Shown: piece by piece, positions 16,493 through 24,309 of the stretch | Layout: each line of letters starts with the position of its first letter | How positions within the stretch are numbered: position 1 is the stretch's first letter | From: Erysipelothrix inopinata | GTDB lineage: Bacteria; Bacillota_I; Bacilli_A; Erysipelotrichales; Erysipelotrichaceae | DNA length: 32,000 nt | Reading direction: 5' to 3' | Assembly: GCF_014396165.1 (NCBI RefSeq) | Contig: NZ_CP060715.1 | Location: forward strand, 2,070,001-2,102,000 | Program-made: the position numbers and the translations under genes | Notes under the pieces: generated by a model | Told to the model about the DNA's origin: nothing | Database searches by the model: none | The model's input: only the letters and a program-made list of their open reading frames with translations

Positions 16493-16579
16493 GGTGCCCG
16501 AGGACGGACTCGAACCGTCATGAGTTTTACCTCGCTGGATTTTGAGTCCAGTGCGTCTACCGATTTCACCACTCGGGCG
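16493..16579 (-). tRNA. tRNA-Leu (anticodon CAA), class II with a long variable arm and encoded CCA.
   Basis: Reverse complement: GCCCGAG-TG-GTG-AAATCGGTAGA-CGC-A-CTGGA-CTCAAAA-TCCAG-CGAGGTAAAACTCATGA-CGG..TTCGAGT..CCG-TC-CTCGGGC-A-CCA. It has a 7-bp acceptor stem, anticodon loop CUCAAAA, and T-arm GACGG/TTCGAGT/CCGTC. Confidence 0.92.
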
Positions 16580-16624
16580 TGCTCATTAATAATATAGCAA
16601 TTCCCTATTAAAATCAATATATTT

Positions 16625-16633
16625 CTTATAATT
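16625..16633. repeat. Left 9-bp target-site duplication of the IS (cttataatt).
   Basis: An identical 9-mer directly abuts both IS ends (16625-16633 and 18157-18165). Confidence 0.75.
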
Positions 16634-18156
16634 GATTGTGTAAAATAGGTGGGGGAATACAAAAAGCGATAACTCGCTTATAATGGTTTTACTACAAACT
16701 ATTAGAAAGTGAGCTATCGCCATGACTATTTTACCACAATTTGAATTATCCAACACCTTAAAAAATTTATTTGTGTCTATCCAGGAATCAACGAATTACC
16801 TTTTAGAACCTACCAATCAAGAATTTACGATCCGTAATTACTCTCAGTTTATTGAACATACTTCAGAATGGCTTCGCATTGCTGCTTGTGACTATCTTGT
16901 TCAAAACTTTGAACTTCTTGATTTAAAATTTAAGAATTCCGCACTTCGTAAAAGAGATTACTATGTTCACCAAACACGTGAACGCACCCTTATTACTGTA
17001 TTTGGAGTCGTGAAGTTTAAACGAACTATCTACAAAGATAAGACTACAGGAAAAACCTTTATCTATGTCGATCGCAAACTAGGTTTACCTAAATATGATC
17101 GCTATGACCCATGCGTAAAGTGCATGATTGTGGAGACTTTTGCGAATCAAAATTCAATGATTAAAGTCGGAGAGCAGATTGGTGACAGAATCTTTTCTTC
17201 TTTCTCAACGTCTCAGCATCGTGAACATTATCGTATATCAAGACAAACAGTTTATAATACCGTTAAACGTCCCTTGCCGTCACTGTCTGAACTTTGTGAG
17301 CCTAAGCCTACACCAAGTCACTTATACATCATGGCCGATGAAAAGTATGTTCATATGCAACGTAATGAATCTCAGTCTGTCATGGTCAAGTCAGCTGTAA
17401 TTTTTGAAGGTATAAAAGGACCTCAGAAGCGCCGTCAATTGATTAATAAAATGGTTTATTCAGGAACTGAAAGTAATTTCTGGAATAGTGTATATGACCT
17501 CTTATCAATCACGTATGATATGGATAAAATCAAGAATATTACCATACTCGGAGATGGTGCTTTATGGATTAAGTCAGGAACTCGTGAATTTTCTCATAGT
17601 AGCTTTGCCCTTGATAAGTTTCACTTTAAACAAGCACTTAATCATATCACCACAGATAAACCTACAAAAGAAATCCTCGCCTCCAATATAATTAACGGAA
17701 ATACTGAAACCTTTAATCAAATCATTCAAACCTTGATAGATGGTACAGAACAATCAAATCGTCAAAAAACAATAGAAGAAAAATGTAATTATATACTACG
17801 CAATACTCTTGCGATACAGTACAGCTACAACGGCTTGAAAATAGGTTGTAGTATGGAGTCAGCTATCAGTCATAATCTCGCTTCTATATACTCAAATAGA
17901 CCTAAGGGATACTGCAAAGAAAATTTAAATGCTTATCTTAATCTAAGAAACTTATTCCTTAACCATATCGATATTAGAAACTTATATTTAGATTCAATAG
18001 ATCCTAAAAGTATAAAACAAAAAGAAGCCAAATATGACTTCTCGATGTTCGAACAACGAAATGCTTACGATAAATCCTCGAGTTCAAGATGGCTTAAGGC
18101 ACATATCAGCAGAAATTAAAGAAACCATTATTTTCCCCCACTTATTTGACACTAAC
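16634..18156 (+). mobile_element. Intact ISLre2-family (UPF0236-type transposase) insertion sequence, 1,523 bp.
   Basis: Terminal inverted repeats: left gattgtgtaaaataggtgggggaa; reverse complement of the right end gttagtgtcaaataagtgggggaa (about 20 of 24 match). Single transposase ORF. Flanked by 9-bp direct repeats. Confidence 0.8.
16722..18119 (+). CDS. ISLre2-family DDE transposase (UPF0236 family), 465 aa.
   Basis: Family-typical blocks: RERTLITVFGVVKFKRTIYKDKTTGKTFIYVDRKLGLPKYDRY, YIMADEKYVHMQ, ITILGDGALWIKSG, ALDKFHFKQAL. GAAAGTGAG Shine-Dalgarno-like sequence upstream. Confidence 0.75.
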   Translation: MTILPQFELSNTLKNLFVSIQESTNYLLEPTNQEFTIRNYSQFIEHTSEWLRIAACDYLVQNFELLDLKFKNSALRKRDYYVHQTRERTLITVFGVVKFKRTIYKDKTTGKTFIYVDRKLGLPKYDRYDPCVKCMIVETFANQNSMIKVGEQIGDRIFSSFSTSQHREHYRISRQTVYNTVKRPLPSLSELCEPKPTPSHLYIMADEKYVHMQRNESQSVMVKSAVIFEGIKGPQKRRQLINKMVYSGTESNFWNSVYDLLSITYDMDKIKNITILGDGALWIKSGTREFSHSSFALDKFHFKQALNHITTDKPTKEILASNIINGNTETFNQIIQTLIDGTEQSNRQKTIEEKCNYILRNTLAIQYSYNGLKIGCSMESAISHNLASIYSNRPKGYCKENLNAYLNLRNLFLNHIDIRNLYLDSIDPKSIKQKEAKYDFSMFEQRNAYDKSSSSRWLKAHISRN

Positions 18157-18165
18157 CTTATAATT
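18157..18165. repeat. Right 9-bp target-site duplication of the IS (cttataatt).
   Basis: See the left copy at 16625-16633. Confidence 0.75.
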
Positions 18166-18311
18166 TCATAAATATAATTAGAAATATTATATGAGAATTC
18201 AAGTTGATATTGCTTATCTAATTTTGAGTTGCAAATTAATTGTTTTTAACTCAATTATTTATTACTATTAATATTAGTTTGATTATCAAACTAAGTGAGG
18301 TAATACAACAA

Positions 18312-18860
18312 ATGATAAATAAAATAATTGAAAATTTAATTCAAGGTAATCGACGTTTTGAATCGGGTTCTATTACTCCAATTCAATACACTCAAGAAGA
18401 TTTTCTATCTTTTGACAAGGAGCAACACCCATCAGTGGCTGTCTTAACGTGTTCGGATTCGAGGCTGTCTCCAAATATTGTATTCGATCAAAAGCTTGGC
18501 GAACTCTTTGTCATTCAGAATGCAGGTGCATTTTTGGATGATACAACCGCTGCAAGCCTTTCTTTCGCGGTAGAAGTGCTAAAGTGTTCTACGGTAATTG
18601 TAATGGGTCATACGCATTGTGGCGCCGTCAGTGCCGCTCATGCTCATACTATCCCTACAACGACACTTGCATCACCTGTACATCAGATTGAAAGAGTTAT
18701 TGGCAGTTCAGAATCGGTGACGAAAGCCGTCGCAACTTGGACTGATTACACATATCAAAAAACTTGCGACCTTTCTTTTATAAAAGAAAACAATGTCGTC
18801 GTCGCACAAGCAATCTATGACATTGGTTCAGGGCATGTAGATTTTATACAAGATATGTAG
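18312..18860 (+). CDS. Beta-class carbonic anhydrase.
   Basis: Zinc-ligand motifs CSDSR and GHTHCGAV. The likely start is the ATG at 18312, with aagtGAGGtaatacaacaa upstream; the track ORF begins 72 nt earlier at a TTG with no SD. Confidence 0.85.
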   Translation: MINKIIENLIQGNRRFESGSITPIQYTQEDFLSFDKEQHPSVAVLTCSDSRLSPNIVFDQKLGELFVIQNAGAFLDDTTAASLSFAVEVLKCSTVIVMGHTHCGAVSAAHAHTIPTTTLASPVHQIERVIGSSESVTKAVATWTDYTYQKTCDLSFIKENNVVVAQAIYDIGSGHVDFIQDM

Positions 18861-19557
18861 CAATTATTGTAACACCCCATAAACTTAACGCATAGAGCGA
18901 CATCGTAAGAACAAGTGAAGACACTTGTTCTTCTTCATATCTTTGGTTATAGAGTTTTAGTAGTGGTATTAATAGCACGAGTACAAATTCATCACGTGTT
19001 ACAAGATGAAACCCTAACTGATTTCCTAGAAATGCTATGAAAAATATTAACGCTGCATATTTAACATAACTTAAGTAGAGTGTTTTTTTTGTAAATTGTG
19101 TGTAGGTTAAGATCATAAAGAGTATCAGAATTAGCGAGTGATTTAGTTTAACGGATAAAGCTAATAAGAAAAGTGCTGCTATTGTTGGTAAAACTGTATT
19201 AATGATACGGTGCTTTTTAACTTCAAATTCAATAATATCAATCAGATATAAGATAATGAGACCTATAAAAATAGCTGGAAACAAATATTGATTTAATCTA
19301 ATATGCGAATCAATCACAAATACATTCATAAATACATCACCTAGAAACATAATGAGTGACATCAAGAAGAATGTCGTGAGGTATTGTTTAATATTGTGAG
19401 AGAGTAAATAGCTTTCCACAGCTAAGTAAGCAAGGCCAAATCGTGAAATAAGCTGACATGTTGATACAATTTTTTCATAGGATTCAGGAACTACCCATGT
19501 TAAATTTCCAATAATCATTAGGATAATAATACAAAGTCTTAAGTGTTTACGATTCAT
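18844..19557 (-). CDS. Polytopic membrane protein, TraX-family-like (tentative).
   Basis: 237 aa with about 7 TM segments. The N-terminal pattern HLRLCIIILMII...ISRFGLAYLAVESYLLSHNIKQYL resembles the TraX pattern LKxIAxxxMxxDH...GRxAFPIFxFxxxEG..xTxNxxKYL, but the DH is not conserved. Its 3' end overlaps the convergent carbonic anhydrase gene by 17 nt. Confidence 0.4.
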   Translation of the reverse strand: MNRKHLRLCIIILMIIGNLTWVVPESYEKIVSTCQLISRFGLAYLAVESYLLSHNIKQYLTTFFLMSLIMFLGDVFMNVFVIDSHIRLNQYLFPAIFIGLIILYLIDIIEFEVKKHRIINTVLPTIAALFLLALSVKLNHSLILILFMILTYTQFTKKTLYLSYVKYAALIFFIAFLGNQLGFHLVTRDEFVLVLLIPLLKLYNQRYEEEQVSSLVLTMSLYALSLWGVTIIATYLV

Positions 19558-19635
19558 GATAGATCCTCCACCACTATCCTATCAACTATCTCTCACTTTA
19601 CTCATCGATTGTCCTAACACTAACCTAACAAAAAT

Positions 19636-19672
19636 GAAAGAAAACCTCGGAACTTATAAATTCCGAGGTTTT
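19636..19672 (-). terminator. Intrinsic terminator ending the PTS operon.
   Basis: On the minus strand: AAAACCTCGGAA, loop tttataag, TTCCGAGGTTTT, then CTTTC. Confidence 0.85.
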
Positions 19673-19678
19673 ATATAA

Positions 19679-20161
19679 TTAATCAACAAACTTGAAGATA
19701 TCTTCTGTTTGAGCGGTAACTGTTTCGCCTTCTTTTAGAAGTTCGATTTTTTCACCTGATGTGAAGATGACTGGGCTAATTGTAGGTTTTCCTTTTTCTT
19801 TTATGAATTCAATATCCATAACAGTAAGGATGTCTCCTTGTTTTACTTTATCACCTTGTTTTACTTTAGGTGAGAAGCCATCACCATTGAGCTCAACAGT
19901 GTCAATTCCGAGATGAATTAAAATTTCTTTTCCATCTGCAGTTGTAAGTCCATATGCATGTCCTGTTGGAAACACTAATGTAACTTCCCCGTCAACTGGA
20001 GCATAAATATTATTTTCAGAAAGTTCAACTGCGAAGCCGTCTCCCATCATTTTTTGAGAAAAGACTTGATCTGGAACTTGTTCTAAAGACACAACTTTAC
20101 CCGCACCGATTGATAAAAACTTTTGATTTACTGTTGATTTTTTCTTGCCAAATCCAAACAT
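19679..20161 (-). CDS. crr: PTS glucose-family EIIA component.
   Basis: EIIA-Glc hallmarks: VFSQKMMGDGFAV, FPTGHAYG and ILIHLGIDTVELNGDGF (both phospho-relay His contexts). 160 aa. Confidence 0.85.
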   Translation of the reverse strand: MFGFGKKKSTVNQKFLSIGAGKVVSLEQVPDQVFSQKMMGDGFAVELSENNIYAPVDGEVTLVFPTGHAYGLTTADGKEILIHLGIDTVELNGDGFSPKVKQGDKVKQGDILTVMDIEFIKEKGKPTISPVIFTSGEKIELLKEGETVTAQTEDIFKFVD

Positions 20162-20242
20162 ATTATCACACCATCCTATTGTTGTTTACTCTCTTATTTT
20201 ATCACAAAGTTTCTAAATTATATAGTCATCATACAATCTTGA

Positions 20243-21883
20243 TTATATTTTAAGAACGAGTGCCTCATAGGGTTTGAATGTATTCTTTCCTGAAAGTGAA
20301 TTCACATTGTAGTTCGTAAGAAGAATTTCGCCACACTGATCGATGTCAGTATAGTCTATTTCTTTATTACTAAAATTACAGTAAACAATTACAGATTCTT
20401 GATCCAATGTCCTTTTATATATTAATAACTCTGGATGATCTAGTTCTAAGAATTCAATGTTTCCACTCTGAATCACCGGTAATTCTTTTCGTAAATGGAT
20501 CAGTGCATGATAAGTATAATAGATTGAATCTGAGTCTGAAAGATTGTCTTCAACAGTTTGTAACTCAGGATACTCAGAAAGTGCTAACCATGGCTTTCCT
20601 GTTGTGAACCCATGTTGGTAACTATGATTCCAAGGAATTGGAGTTCGTCCATTATCACGAGATCTCTCATGGATAATAGCCGTCACTTCTGATTCAGTCA
20701 ACCCTCTTTCTCTTAAAATTCGAATCATATTTATGGTTTCGATATCACGATAAGTTTCTAAGCTTTCAAAGTAACTATTCGGAAGTCCAATTTCCTCACC
20801 CTGGTAGATGTATGGCATTCCACGCATTAATTGCATCGCAATTGCTAACATTTTACCAGATTGTTTCCAATACTGTGTATCGTTACCGAAGCGAGAAATG
20901 GAGCGCGGTTGATCATGGTTATTTAGAAATAGAGCCATGAGTGCATCATTTTCCTGCATTGCATATTGCCAGGATGAAAGTATCTGTTTCAATTCAATGA
21001 AATCAAAGGGTTTAAGAGCCCATTTATCACCATTCTTATAATCTACTTTGAGATGATGGAAATTAAATATTGTGGAAAGTTCTTGATTTTTAGGATCTGC
21101 ATAACGAACACCATTTTCAATATTGGTTGAAGATAATTCACCAACGGTAATAACGTCGTTATGTTTACCAAATGTTTCTTGGTTTAGTTTGTGTAAGTAC
21201 TCATGGACTCTTTTTCCATCAGAGTAGAAACGGCGACCGTCTCCTTCAAAGTCATCCTCAAAAACTTCAGGCTTTGAAATAAGGTTAATGACATCAAATC
21301 GAAGACCTTTAACACCTTTATCCAACCAAAAATTCACGATTTTGCATACTTCTTCAAATACTGCATCATTTTCCCAGTTAAGATCTGCTTGTGTTACATC
21401 AAAGAGATGAAGATAATATAGTTTCATATCCTCTACGTATTCCCAAGCATTTCCACCAAACTTCGACTCCCAGTTCGTTGGTTTCTCTTTGAAAAAGTAA
21501 TAGTCTTGATAAGTCTTATCACCTTTTAATGCCTTTTGAAACCATTCATGCTTAGTTGAAGTATGATTCAAAACCATATCGAACATGATGTCTAAATCAC
21601 GGCTCTTTGCTTCTAAAAACAGTTCTTCTACGTCTTCCATGGTTCCGAATATCGGATCAATTTCATAATAATTTTCAATGTCATATCCGTTATCTCGTTG
21701 TGGTGAAACAAAGATAGGAGTTAACCAAATCACATCTACACCAAGATTTTTAAGGTAATCAAGCTTAGAGATGATACCCTGAACATCCCCAATACCATCG
21801 CCATTTGAATCCATAAATGATTTTGGATAAATTTGATAGACAACTTTATTATTTAACATATTACGCATTTTTCTTCTTTCCAT
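20243..21883 (-). CDS. treC: GH13 alpha-glucosidase, most likely a phospho-alpha-glucosidase of the trehalose-6-phosphate hydrolase (TreC/TreA) type.
   Basis: VVYQIYPKSF, DVIWLTPIFVSPQRDNGYDIENYYEIDP, DMVLNHTS, GLRFDVINLI, GELS and FLNNHDQPR are the GH13 conserved regions. Position directly downstream of a TreB/TreP-like EIIBC. The start is ambiguous: ATGs at 21883, 21868 and 21859, the last lying 1 nt after the EIIC stop. TreC versus oligo-1,6-glucosidase cannot be resolved by eye. Confidence 0.75.
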   Translation of the reverse strand: MERRKMRNMLNNKVVYQIYPKSFMDSNGDGIGDVQGIISKLDYLKNLGVDVIWLTPIFVSPQRDNGYDIENYYEIDPIFGTMEDVEELFLEAKSRDLDIMFDMVLNHTSTKHEWFQKALKGDKTYQDYYFFKEKPTNWESKFGGNAWEYVEDMKLYYLHLFDVTQADLNWENDAVFEEVCKIVNFWLDKGVKGLRFDVINLISKPEVFEDDFEGDGRRFYSDGKRVHEYLHKLNQETFGKHNDVITVGELSSTNIENGVRYADPKNQELSTIFNFHHLKVDYKNGDKWALKPFDFIELKQILSSWQYAMQENDALMALFLNNHDQPRSISRFGNDTQYWKQSGKMLAIAMQLMRGMPYIYQGEEIGLPNSYFESLETYRDIETINMIRILRERGLTESEVTAIIHERSRDNGRTPIPWNHSYQHGFTTGKPWLALSEYPELQTVEDNLSDSDSIYYTYHALIHLRKELPVIQSGNIEFLELDHPELLIYKRTLDQESVIVYCNFSNKEIDYTDIDQCGEILLTNYNVNSLSGKNTFKPYEALVLKI

Positions 21884-23266
21884 AAATTACTGTAAGTGAG
21901 AAAGGTACGATCATTGCGACAACTGCAATAAGGAAGAATAATGGCCAACGGTCCAAATTAAAGGATAGGAAACCAAGAATACCACCAACCCCAACACTGT
22001 TAGCCATCAATCCCATACCTACGGAAATAATAGCTGCAATACTAGAACCAATCATCGCACAAATGAATGGGAATCCATATTTAAGGTTAATCCCAAACAT
22101 AGCAGGTTCTGTAACTCCTAGATAAGCAGAAATTGCTGACGGAACTGAAACTTGTTCTTCTTCTTTATTACCACGATGTAACCACCAAATACCTAAGACG
22201 GCACTACCTTGAGCAATATTACTAAATGCAATCATTGGCCAGAGAAGTGTTCCACCAAAATCATTGGCTAATTGAAGGTCAATGGCATTGGTCATGTGGT
22301 GAAGTCCTGTAATAACAAGAGGTGAATAGAAGAAACCAAATACTGCAGCAAAGAGAACTCTAAATGAAGATGTAAGTCCTGCATATACTAGATTTGAAAT
22401 CCATGATCCGATTGCCCATCCAATAGGTCCTAAAACGACGTGAGCGATAATAACAGTTGGTACTAATGCAAAGAGAGGCACGAATACCATTGAGATTGCA
22501 TTCGGAATAATTTTCTTAAAGAATCTTTCAAGATAAACTAATGTAAATCCTGCTAGGATTGCCGGGATAACTTGTGCTTGATATCCAATCATTCTAATTT
22601 GCGTAAATCCAAAGTCCCAGAAAGGTATTTTAGCTGGGTCAGTTCCCGCTACTGCATAAGCATTAAGAAGTTGTGGCGAAACTAATGTAATTCCAAGTAC
22701 AATACCTAAAATTTGAGTTGTCCCCATCTTACGTGTGATTGACCATGTAATACCGACAGGTAGGAAATGGAAGATTGCTTCACAAATTAGCCATAAGAAT
22801 GAGTGTACTCCAGCCCAAAACTGGGAGTGAGATGCAATGGTTCCATAATCACCAAAGACCGCATCACCAATAATATTTCTAAATCCAAGGAGTAACCCCC
22901 TACAATGATTGCAGGAATAATCGGTGCAAATATTTCAGCAAGGTTGCTTGCAAGTTGTTGAAGTTTATTTTGATTTGTCTTTGCCATTTCTTTGACACTA
23001 TCTTTGGTTGTTCCTTCAATACCTGATACATCAATAAAATCGTTGTAGAAGACATCTACATCATTTCCAATGATAACTTGGAATTGACCCGCTTGTGTAA
23101 ACGTACCTTTTACCGAACTAAGTGCTTCTATTTTTTCAACATCTGTATTCTTCGCATCACGAAGTACAAATCTCATTCGAGTAACGCAGTGTGTTACGGC
23201 AGCAATATTATCTTTACCACCCAGGTAATTCAGTAAATCTTTTGAATCTTGAGTATACTTTCCCAT
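21861..23266 (-). pseudogene. PTS EIIBC permease (TreB/TreP-like, B domain N-terminal), split by a 1-nt frameshift in a G5/C5 run.
   Basis: EIIB motif NIAAVTHCVTRMRFVL. EIIC starts at LAEIFAPIIPAIIVGG, then the frame is lost at ccccc 22896-22900. Reading in the shifted frame gives LLLGFRNIIGDAVFGDYGTIASHSQFWAGVHSFLWLICEAIFHFLPVGITWSITRKMGTTQILG.., which runs continuously into ORF 21861-22727. The total of 1,406 nt plus 1 nt gives 469 codons (468 aa plus stop). Confidence 0.85.
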
Positions 23267-23295
23267 ATACTTCCTCCTTTTTATTTCGACTTAAG

Positions 23296-23351
23296 AAAAA
23301 ATAAAAGACCTCCCATGCATACATCAAAAAGATGTACACATAGAAGGTCTT
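23296..23351 (-). terminator. Conditional intrinsic terminator of the PTS operon leader; its 5' stem overlaps the RAT.
   Basis: On the minus strand: AAGACCTTCTATGTGTACATC, loop ttttt, GATGTATGCATGGGAGGTCTT (about 21-bp stem with G-U pairs), followed by TTATTTTTT. Confidence 0.85.
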
Positions 23352-23376
23352 GCCCATTTTTTTTAGGTAACAAGCC
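23346..23376 (-). promoter_or_regulatory. RAT (ribonucleic antiterminator) element bound by LicT/SacY/BglG-family proteins.
   Basis: GGCTTGTTACCTAAAAAAAATGGGCAAGACCT compared with the B. subtilis RAT consensus GGnTTGTTACTG....CAGGCAAnACC. Its 3' arm (GGCAAGACC) overlaps the 5' arm of the terminator. Confidence 0.8.
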
Positions 23377-23384
23377 TTCCTTGC

Positions 23385-24224
23385 TTACTTTGAGATCATT
23401 TCCAAACGGTTAAGATGAATCGTCATGTAAACAAGTTCCTGTGAATTTATTTTAACTTGAAGTCGGTTTTCAATATAATCCTGGATTTTGCAAGCACATT
23501 TATAAGCGCTTTCAAATTCCTCAATTACATTATAGAGCACATTTTCACTGAAGTCAACTTGTTGATTGCTCATCACTCTTTGCAATAACATTTTTAAATG
23601 AATCATAATTCTTTGCGTATTAACATCATCTAACTTTAGTGGAATCAAGTAGGTATCTCGAATAATATTTAAACAATCCCATACCATATCTGTAAGAACG
23701 CCTGACTTGTTATTCAATTTTGGATTGACACCATTCACAATATGCATGGTAAGAAATCCGGTTTCGTCTTCTGGAAGATTGATATTGTACAGTTTATTAA
23801 TCTCTTTACGAATATGATCTGCAAACTGATACTCTTTTTCATAGAGGAATTGTAAATCATAACTCATCAAGTTTCGAATTTCTTGTCCCGATTCGAGTCG
23901 AATCATCGCAAAGTTTATGTGATCGATAATTGTAACATACGCATGTGCATCCAACTCAAGGTTAAAATCTTTTGATTGGTTTTCTAAAATTCGATATACT
24001 TCAAAGAACATGCTTTCAGGAATATCTTTTACAAGCTGTGTTGCTCTAATTGCATCCTCTTGTTTAAGTTCGAATATTTTTTCAATCTTTCGAGGATCTG
24101 CCTTTTGATTTACTTTGGCATTGAATCCAATTCCCAAACCAACAATAATGACCTCTTGGAAGTTGTTGACTGCAACAACAACATTGTTATTAAGAATCTT
24201 TTTAATTCGATATGTTTTTTGCAT
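23385..24224 (-). CDS. licT: BglG/LicT/SacY-family PRD-containing transcription antiterminator.
   Basis: CAT RNA-binding domain YRIKKILNNNVVVAVNNFQEVIIVGLGIGF, followed by two PRD domains with conserved His contexts (IIDHINFA, FLTMHIVN, IMIHLKML, YMTIHLNRL). GGGAGG Shine-Dalgarno. Confidence 0.88.
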   Translation of the reverse strand: MQKTYRIKKILNNNVVVAVNNFQEVIIVGLGIGFNAKVNQKADPRKIEKIFELKQEDAIRATQLVKDIPESMFFEVYRILENQSKDFNLELDAHAYVTIIDHINFAMIRLESGQEIRNLMSYDLQFLYEKEYQFADHIRKEINKLYNINLPEDETGFLTMHIVNGVNPKLNNKSGVLTDMVWDCLNIIRDTYLIPLKLDDVNTQRIMIHLKMLLQRVMSNQQVDFSENVLYNVIEEFESAYKCACKIQDYIENRLQVKINSQELVYMTIHLNRLEMISK

Positions 24225-24274
24225 GATACAACCTCCCTTGTTCTAGTATTACAAATTTATTTAAAACTTGCAAT

Positions 24275-24299
24275 TAAAAAAACACACCCGAAGGTGTGT
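24275..24299 (-). terminator. Intrinsic terminator after pepD.
   Basis: On the minus strand: ACACACC, loop ttcg, GGTGTGT, followed by TTTTTTT. Confidence 0.85.
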
Positions 24300-24309
24300 A
24301 AATTAAATT

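Noticed and set aside
16405-16662. 85-aa minus-strand ORF.
   Set aside because: It spans the tRNA-Leu gene and its terminator, so it is an artefact of ORF calling.
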